This document shows, piece by piece, positions 58,378 through 64,000 of a stretch of DNA of 64,000 nucleotides. Under the pieces are notes generated by a model that did no database searches, was not told where the DNA came from, and saw nothing but the letters and a program-made list of their open reading frames with translations. A program made the position numbers and the translations under genes. Each line of letters opens with the position of its first letter. Position 1 is the stretch's first letter. This DNA comes from an uncultured Alphaproteobacteria bacterium. Lineage in GTDB: Bacteria > Pseudomonadota > Alphaproteobacteria > HIMB59 > GCA-002718135. The DNA is taken from the NCBI GenBank assembly GCA_902601455.1, contig CACKNC010000001.1, forward strand, positions 167,162-231,161. The letters run 5' to 3'.

Positions 58378-59424
58378 TTACTTTCCAAATAAGACTTTGA
58401 TTACTTTTGAAGGCTCAAGAATACCAACAGGTTTATTCTGTTGTTCAGTATCAATAACTGTTAAATTTTCTTTGCTATCTAAAATTGACTCCGCAACAGT
58501 TTCAATTATTGCATCTTTGAAAACAGTATTACTACCAGCCATAGACGGTTCATAGGTTGTCATTATTGATTCTATTTTTAAAACTTTTTCTCTTGGAACA
58601 TCTTCAGTAAATTTTTTCACATACTCTGTTGCAGGATTTAAAACGATGTTATCAGGTGTGTCTAATTGCTCAATGATTCCGTCTTTCATTATTGCAATTC
58701 TATCTGCAAGTCTGAGAGCTTCATCAAAATCATGTGTTACAAACATAATAGTTTTGTGAAGAGAATCTTGTAAACGTAAAAATTCATCCTGCATTTCTTT
58801 TCTAATTAATGGATCTAAAGCAGAAAAAGGTTCATCTAAAAACCAAATATCAGGTTCTACTGCTAGTGAGCGGGCAATACCTACTCTTTGTTGTTGACCA
58901 CCAGATAACTCTCGTGGAAAATAATTTTCCCTTCCTTTTAATCCGACAAGCTCAACCATTTCCATTGCTTTTGAAATGCTTGCATCTGTTGGGAGACCTT
59001 TGATAATAAGTGGAAAGGCAATATTTTCTAAAACAGTTTTATGAGGTAAAAGGGCGAAACTTTGAAAAACCATACCCATTTTATTTCTTCTTAATTCGAT
59101 CAACTGCTTACTATTCATTTCTAGTAAATTTTCTCCATCAATAAAAATCTTACCTGAAGTTGGATCAGTCAATCTAGAGATACATCTTAGAAGTGTTGAT
59201 TTTCCAGAACCTGAAAGTCCCATTACAACCAACATTTCCCCTTTATGAATTTCAAAAGAAGCGTTGTTTACGCCAATTATGCAACCAGCTTTCTGGAATT
59301 CTTCAGCTGATATTGGGCCATTAGAATTTTCTAAAAGTTTATTAGCATTATTTCCAAAAATTTTAAAAACAGATTCACATTTAATTACTGGCTCTAAATT
59401 TGATGATAGGGAGTCATTTAACAT
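58378..59424 (-). CDS. tmoW: TMAO/betaine ABC transporter ATPase TmoW (ProV-like)
   Basis: MGLSGSGKSTL, FQSFALLPH, LSGGQQQRVGIARSL, DEPFSALDPLIRKEMQDE. Confidence 0.82.
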   Translation of the reverse strand: MLNDSLSSNLEPVIKCESVFKIFGNNANKLLENSNGPISAEEFQKAGCIIGVNNASFEIHKGEMLVVMGLSGSGKSTLLRCISRLTDPTSGKIFIDGENLLEMNSKQLIELRRNKMGMVFQSFALLPHKTVLENIAFPLIIKGLPTDASISKAMEMVELVGLKGRENYFPRELSGGQQQRVGIARSLAVEPDIWFLDEPFSALDPLIRKEMQDEFLRLQDSLHKTIMFVTHDFDEALRLADRIAIMKDGIIEQLDTPDNIVLNPATEYVKKFTEDVPREKVLKIESIMTTYEPSMAGSNTVFKDAIIETVAESILDSKENLTVIDTEQQNKPVGILEPSKVIKVLFGK

Positions 59425-59478
59425 GATAAACTTATAACACTCTAAAGTTGATTAATTAAAAAAAAAATTAAAAAAATT

Positions 59479-59513
59479 AAAAAAAAAATCCTCTCTTAAA
59501 AAAGAGAGGATTT
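59479..59513 (-). terminator. Intrinsic terminator after tmoX
   Basis: AAATCCTCTCTT-AAAA-AAGAGAGGATTT inverted repeat with an A-run on + (U-tract on the - transcript). Confidence 0.85.
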
Positions 59514-59532
59514 ATGAAATATTAATTATTAC

Positions 59533-60483
59533 TTACTTCATCCAAAGATCCATTAGATCTCTGTGGTCAGCAATAAATTTAGTTGCAGCATCAGCATGAC
59601 TCATACCTTGATTATCAACTAAATCTGCCATTAAACCGATTTGAGGAGCGGTAAATGACATTTTTGTATAAAATTTATACGCAGCTGGGTGAGTGATAGG
59701 GAACTTTATATGAGCAGCTTTTTTAAGCCATCCCTTTGGTGAACCACAACCTGTAGTTTCTAAACTCCCACCATTTTCAAGTCTACAACCCTCAAAGTAA
59801 GGAGGGAATTCGATGAATGTAAATCCAGCAGCATCAGTAAAGTTTGGAGACCAGTTAAATATAACTGTTCCTCTTCCTTCTTTTTTTGCAGCATCAAGCT
59901 CTGCCCACAAAGCATCAGCACTACCAGCAAACTTAACCATCCATAGATCATCGATACCAAGACCTTTTAGTCTGTTAGGCATAACGTCAGTATGCCACTC
60001 ATAAGGTCCCTCTAACCATCTACCTTTTCCACCTGAATCAGCAGTTGCAAAGTTAGCTGCACATTCTGGAGATTTAAGCGCTTCCCAGTTTGGAAGACCA
60101 GGGCATAAACCTTCGTCAATTACCCAGTTTGGAATTCCCATTTCCTCAAAAGTTATGAGGTCATGACTTCCAGCATCAATTAGACCACCTTTATCCATAG
60201 CTTCGTAAAAAGGAAGAGCCATTGTAGACTCCCAAGTCTCATGAGCTACGTGTAAGTCTCCAATTCTAACAGCTTCGTATCTAGAAGCTGACTCAGCTGG
60301 AACTAATTCCGCAGTAAATCCTTGTTCTTCAAAAATTTGTGCCATAACATTTGCCATAACTATTTGGCTTGTCCAGTTAAGCACTGGTATTCTAATAGGA
60401 TCTGCAGCTTTAGCGATACTTCCAAAAACTGTGAATGAAACAACCACAGCTGCTAAAACTAGTCCCTTAAATAATCTTACCAT
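59533..60483 (-). CDS. tmoX: TMAO-binding protein TmoX
   Basis: Signal peptide, NWTSQIVMA, HETWES, LCPGLPNWEALK, FNWSPNFTD, CGSPKGWLKK; divergent from tmm; SD GGGAGG. Confidence 0.88.
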   Translation of the reverse strand: MVRLFKGLVLAAVVVSFTVFGSIAKAADPIRIPVLNWTSQIVMANVMAQIFEEQGFTAELVPAESASRYEAVRIGDLHVAHETWESTMALPFYEAMDKGGLIDAGSHDLITFEEMGIPNWVIDEGLCPGLPNWEALKSPECAANFATADSGGKGRWLEGPYEWHTDVMPNRLKGLGIDDLWMVKFAGSADALWAELDAAKKEGRGTVIFNWSPNFTDAAGFTFIEFPPYFEGCRLENGGSLETTGCGSPKGWLKKAAHIKFPITHPAAYKFYTKMSFTAPQIGLMADLVDNQGMSHADAATKFIADHRDLMDLWMK

Positions 60484-60631
60484 ATTACCTCCCGATAGGT
60501 TTTGATTTAAATCTTAAAAGACGTTATTCTCATCTTTAGACATTTCAGTCATTTATTTCTTATATTGAAACAAGTTTTTACTTTAAGATTAATTTTTTAT
60601 AGGATGTTTTTAAATTAGTTTTGGAGGAAAA

Positions 60632-61966
60632 ATGACCAAAGTCGCAGTTATAGGATCAGGACCGTGCGGTTTATCAATATTAAGAGCATTTCAACAAGCT
60701 GAAGAAAAGGGTCAAAAAATCCCTGAAATAGTTTGTTATGAGAAACAAGAAGATTGGGGTGGTTTATGGAATTATAGTTGGAGAACAGGATCTGATCAAT
60801 ATGGTGATCCAGTCCCAAATAGTATGTATCGCTATTTGTGGTCTAATGGTCCAAAAGAATGTTTAGAATTTGCAGACTATTCATTTGATGAACATTTTAA
60901 ACAACCTATACCTTCATTTCCACCAAGAGAAGTTTTATACGATTACATTATAGGAAGAGCAAAAAAAGCAAATATAAAAAAATATATAAAATTTAATACT
61001 GCTATTACTCAAGCAAAGTTTAATGGAAATCAATTTGAAGTTTCTGCTTTGAACAAAATAGATAATACTATTTCATCAAATAATTATGATTATCTTGTTG
61101 TTGCCTCTGGTCATTTTTCTGTACCATACATACCTGAGTATAAAGGCATGAATTCATTCCCTGGAAGAATTTTACATGGTCATGATTTTAGAGATGCAGA
61201 AGAGTTTAGAAATAAAGATATTGTTGTTTTAGGTAGTAGTTACTCTGCGGAGGACATAGCACTTCAATGCTACAAGTATGGAGCAAAATCCGTAACTATT
61301 GGTTATCGTAATAATCCTATGGGATTTAAATGGCCGCAAGGTATGAAGGAAGTTCATTACTTAGATAGGTTAGAAGGAAATAAGGCAATCTTCAAAGATG
61401 GTCATGAACAAAATGCTGACGCCATTATTTTATGCAGTGGTTATTTGCATCATTTTCCTTTTCTAGAAGAATCTCTAAAGCTTAAAACGAGTAATAGATT
61501 ATACCCTAATAAATTATACAAAGGTGTTGTTTGGCAAGATAATCACAGATTAATGTATTTAGGCATGCAAGATCAATTCCATACTTTTAATATGTTTGAT
61601 TGCCAATCATGGTTTGCCAGAGATATTATTATGGATAAAATAAAAATGCCTAGTGATGAAATGATAAATGAAGACATAGATAGATGGGTTTCACAGGAAG
61701 AAGTTTTAGAAGATCCAATTCAAATGATAGATTTTCAAACGGAGTATACAAAAGATTTGTATTCTAGATCCGATTATCCAGAAATTGATTTTGAATTAAT
61801 TAGAAAACACTTTAAGGATTGGGAGCATCATAAAGAAGAAGATATAATGACATATAGAAATAATTCATTTTCTTCAGGTGTTACAGGAACCGTTGCTCCA
61901 GTTCATCATACACCGTGGTCTGAGGCTATGGATGACTCAATGAAGGTATTTATGAAGTCTAAATAA
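60632..61966 (+). CDS. tmm: Trimethylamine monooxygenase (bacterial FMO)
   Basis: GSGPCG, WGGLWNYSWRTG, SMYRYLWSNGPKECLEFADY, SGHFSVP, HGHDFR, GSSYSAEDI, GMQDQFHTFNMFD. Confidence 0.93.
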   Translation: MTKVAVIGSGPCGLSILRAFQQAEEKGQKIPEIVCYEKQEDWGGLWNYSWRTGSDQYGDPVPNSMYRYLWSNGPKECLEFADYSFDEHFKQPIPSFPPREVLYDYIIGRAKKANIKKYIKFNTAITQAKFNGNQFEVSALNKIDNTISSNNYDYLVVASGHFSVPYIPEYKGMNSFPGRILHGHDFRDAEEFRNKDIVVLGSSYSAEDIALQCYKYGAKSVTIGYRNNPMGFKWPQGMKEVHYLDRLEGNKAIFKDGHEQNADAIILCSGYLHHFPFLEESLKLKTSNRLYPNKLYKGVVWQDNHRLMYLGMQDQFHTFNMFDCQSWFARDIIMDKIKMPSDEMINEDIDRWVSQEEVLEDPIQMIDFQTEYTKDLYSRSDYPEIDFELIRKHFKDWEHHKEEDIMTYRNNSFSSGVTGTVAPVHHTPWSEAMDDSMKVFMKSK

Positions 61967-61968
61967 AT

Positions 61969-62334
61969 TTATTCTTCTGAATAAATAAATTTTCCTCGAT
62001 GTGTTACAACGCTAGTACATCCATTTTTAGTTGTACTGTAATGCGATGAACCAGAAGAAAGCTGAACAAAATCACCTTTTTTATAAACATATCCATCTGA
62101 GTCTGTGAGATCACCTTCAAGAATAAAAAACTCTTCAGGACCAGTATGATGATGAGCTTTTGATTTAGTATTTGGTTCCATTCTATAAAGGTAAGATCCT
62201 TCTCCTGAACTGTGATCATAACTTAAATTAAACCAATAAATATTTCCTGATTGATTTTCTGACTCATCTTCAAGTAATTCCCATTTTAAATTTTCAATAT
62301 TGAAAACTTTTCTTTGGTTTTTCAAATTATTCAC
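61969..62334 (-). CDS. Small cupin (ChrR-like cupin_7) protein (GTG start)
   Basis: HHHTGPEEFFILEG and YKKGDF..SGSSH cupin motifs. Confidence 0.8.
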   Translation of the reverse strand: MNNLKNQRKVFNIENLKWELLEDESENQSGNIYWFNLSYDHSSGEGSYLYRMEPNTKSKAHHHTGPEEFFILEGDLTDSDGYVYKKGDFVQLSSGSSHYSTTKNGCTSVVTHRGKFIYSEE

Positions 62335-62346
62335 AATTAAAAATAA

Positions 62347-64000
62347 TTAAGCTCTGACTCTGCTTTTTGTGGGGTCGTAAAATGGAAAGCTTACAACTTT
62401 TGCTGAAATTCTTTTTTGATGCCCATCTAGTTTTCCAATTTCTAGCTCCGTACCTATTTCTGATGAACGAATATCAACTCTGCATAAGGCAATATTTTTA
62501 TTTAATGTAGGAGAAATTGTTCCACTAGTAATTATTCCAACCTGAGCCCTTCCTGAATGAACACAATCACCATGATTTGCTTTTTCATTTCCCTCTATTT
62601 CTAAACCAACAAGTTTTCTATGAGGGTGAGCTTTTCTATCAACTAAAGCTTCTTTACCAATAAAATTTTGCTCTTTAGATTTAAGAGGGACAGTAAAACT
62701 TATTCCTGCTTCAAAAGGATCTGTGTCATCACTGAATTCATTACCACCTAAAATTAATCCCGCTTCAATTCTAAGCATATCTAGAGCTTCAAATCCCATA
62801 GGTGAAATATTAAATTCTTGTCCCGCATCCCAAACCGCATCCCAGACTTGGGCAGCATCCACAGGATGGCAATAAATTTCATATCCTAGTTCTCCCGTAT
62901 ATCCAGTTCGGGATAACATGACAGGAATACCATTGTGATCTCCAATTCTGCTAATTGTAAAACGAAACCACTCTAAATTATTTACATCAGAGTGAGCTGG
63001 AGGAGTCCAAATAATTTTAGATAATACTTTTCTGCTATTTGGTCCTTGTACTGAAATATTATGAAGGTGGTCAGTTGAGGATTTAATGTTAGCATGTAGT
63101 TTTAGTTCTTCACTTAATTTTATCAGCCATTCGCCAGAATAATCACTTCCACAAATCCAACGAAAGTTATGATCTCCTAACTTGTAAAGTGTTCCATCAT
63201 CAATCATGGTACCATTTTCATAACACATAGCGGAGTACACTACTTGACCTGTAGATAATTTTTTTATGTTTCTTGTAAGTGCTACGTTCAGTAATTCTTC
63301 TGAATCTGGTCCAACAACTTCAAACTTTCTTAATGATGATAAGTCCATCATAACTACATTATTTCTACATTCCGTGTATTCTTTTATAGTTCCGTAGTTA
63401 TTAAATTTATTTGGTATCCAAAAACCTGAAGAGTCCATCATATCACTAGTTAATTTTGATGTTCTTGGATGAAAACCGGTTTTTTTAGTTAACATAAAAT
63501 CACTCCCAGCATTTTTTCTATATCCAATAGATTTTGAAAATCTATCTTTTTCTGAATAAACTCTAACGTATATGTCTGTAGGGTTCCAGTCATTTGCAGT
63601 ATCTATATCATCAGGACAACCTGATGATACACAAACTAAATCTTTTTGAGCTTGAAACAATACATAGTCACCTGGTCTAGACCAGGGCATATCAGAAAAA
63701 ATTACATTTTGATTATCGATTCCTGTATTGAAAAATAAATTTATTGCAGCCCAACCATTTCTTTTTTCAACACCATATTTATTAAGAGCATAATTAAAAT
63801 TATCTGAACAATTAATATGTCCAAAATAGCCAAGGTCTTCATATAATTTTCTTGTGCAAGCGGTACCAAAAGTATCGTGACGACCAATAGTATCTTGTAC
63901 AACTTCAACAAGTGGTTCTAAATTTTTATCGAAATATTTAGAATGTAAACCAGGCATTGCATAAGCTCCTCCTAAAATTGCTCTACTTGCAGTGGTATCA
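62347..64000 (-). CDS. tdm: TMAO demethylase Tdm (DUF1989 + GcvT domains), 5'-truncated by window edge
   Basis: QDTIGRHDTFGTAC, GHINCSDNF, SGCPDD Cys motifs; DLSSLRKFEV, RTGYTGELGYE, LRIEAGL, GKLDGHQKR; frame open to window end (DTTASRAILGGAYA-MPG). Confidence 0.9.
   Translation of the reverse strand, partial: DTTASRAILGGAYAMPGLHSKYFDKNLEPLVEVVQDTIGRHDTFGTACTRKLYEDLGYFGHINCSDNFNYALNKYGVEKRNGWAAINLFFNTGIDNQNVIFSDMPWSRPGDYVLFQAQKDLVCVSSGCPDDIDTANDWNPTDIYVRVYSEKDRFSKSIGYRKNAGSDFMLTKKTGFHPRTSKLTSDMMDSSGFWIPNKFNNYGTIKEYTECRNNVVMMDLSSLRKFEVVGPDSEELLNVALTRNIKKLSTGQVVYSAMCYENGTMIDDGTLYKLGDHNFRWICGSDYSGEWLIKLSEELKLHANIKSSTDHLHNISVQGPNSRKVLSKIIWTPPAHSDVNNLEWFRFTISRIGDHNGIPVMLSRTGYTGELGYEIYCHPVDAAQVWDAVWDAGQEFNISPMGFEALDMLRIEAGLILGGNEFSDDTDPFEAGISFTVPLKSKEQNFIGKEALVDRKAHPHRKLVGLEIEGNEKANHGDCVHSGRAQVGIITSGTISPTLNKNIALCRVDIRSSEIGTELEIGKLDGHQKRISAKVVSFPFYDPTKSRVRA

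Noticed and set aside
60484-60631. Possible structured RNA between tmoX and tmm
   Set aside because: AT-rich with no convincing stems; adequately explained by divergent promoters
1269-62219. Numerous 60-157 aa ORFs antisense to or overlapping known genes (e.g. 2382-2855, 5072-5401, 13839-14216, 18465-18773, 33174-33458, 43373-43573)
   Set aside because: They lie largely or fully within well-supported CDSs, have no recognisable motifs, and are expected shadow ORFs
62347-64000. tdm and rpsH appearing N-terminally short (pseudogenes?)
   Set aside because: Both frames stay open to the window edges, so the truncation is a window artefact
1-64000. CRISPR arrays, IS elements, prophage, rRNA, defence systems
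   Set aside because: No spaced direct repeats, transposase, integrase, phage or cas-like ORFs seen; nearly all sequence is accounted for by metabolic and ribosomal CDSs

Overview
AT-rich, extremely gene-dense window from a streamlined marine alphaproteobacterium (SAR11/Pelagibacterales- or HIMB59-like; taxonomy inferred from composition, gene order and protein similarity recalled from memory, not from a search). 1-6.5 kb is the end of the spc/alpha ribosomal operon (rpsH..secY-adk-rpsM-rpsK-rpoA-rplQ, no rpmD), followed by fluC, a pseudouridine synthase, lipB, tRNA-Leu(GAG), gshAB, bioY and a ROK kinase. The remaining ~52 kb is a nearly continuous catabolic region for osmolytes and methylated or N-rich small molecules. 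It contains (i) an atypical ectoine-type locus (gabD/doeC-like, eutABC, ehuABCD, Lrp/AsnC) led by an intact amidinotransferase and carrying a cytoplasmic DMSO-reductase-family molybdoenzyme, a fold-II PLP enzyme, an M20D amidohydrolase, a metal-ligand-less M24 hydrolase and a Ser/Cys proline-racemase-family enzyme, with no eutE, atf or enuR in the window; (ii) a soxBDAG/mgdABCD-type oxidase and a displaced doeA/eutD; (iii) an uncharacterised DUF3726-like + ~557-aa hypothetical + degenerate M19 dipeptidase module; (iv) a Pot-type ABC transporter whose first permease appears to start at ATT; (v) aldehyde/alcohol dehydrogenases and sugar/inositol oxidoreductases; (vi) tmoXWV-tmm-cupin-tdm. No mobile elements or CRISPR arrays were seen. 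The best candidates for an undescribed system are the amidinotransferase-extended Eut/Ehu locus and the DUF3726/hypothetical/M19 module.
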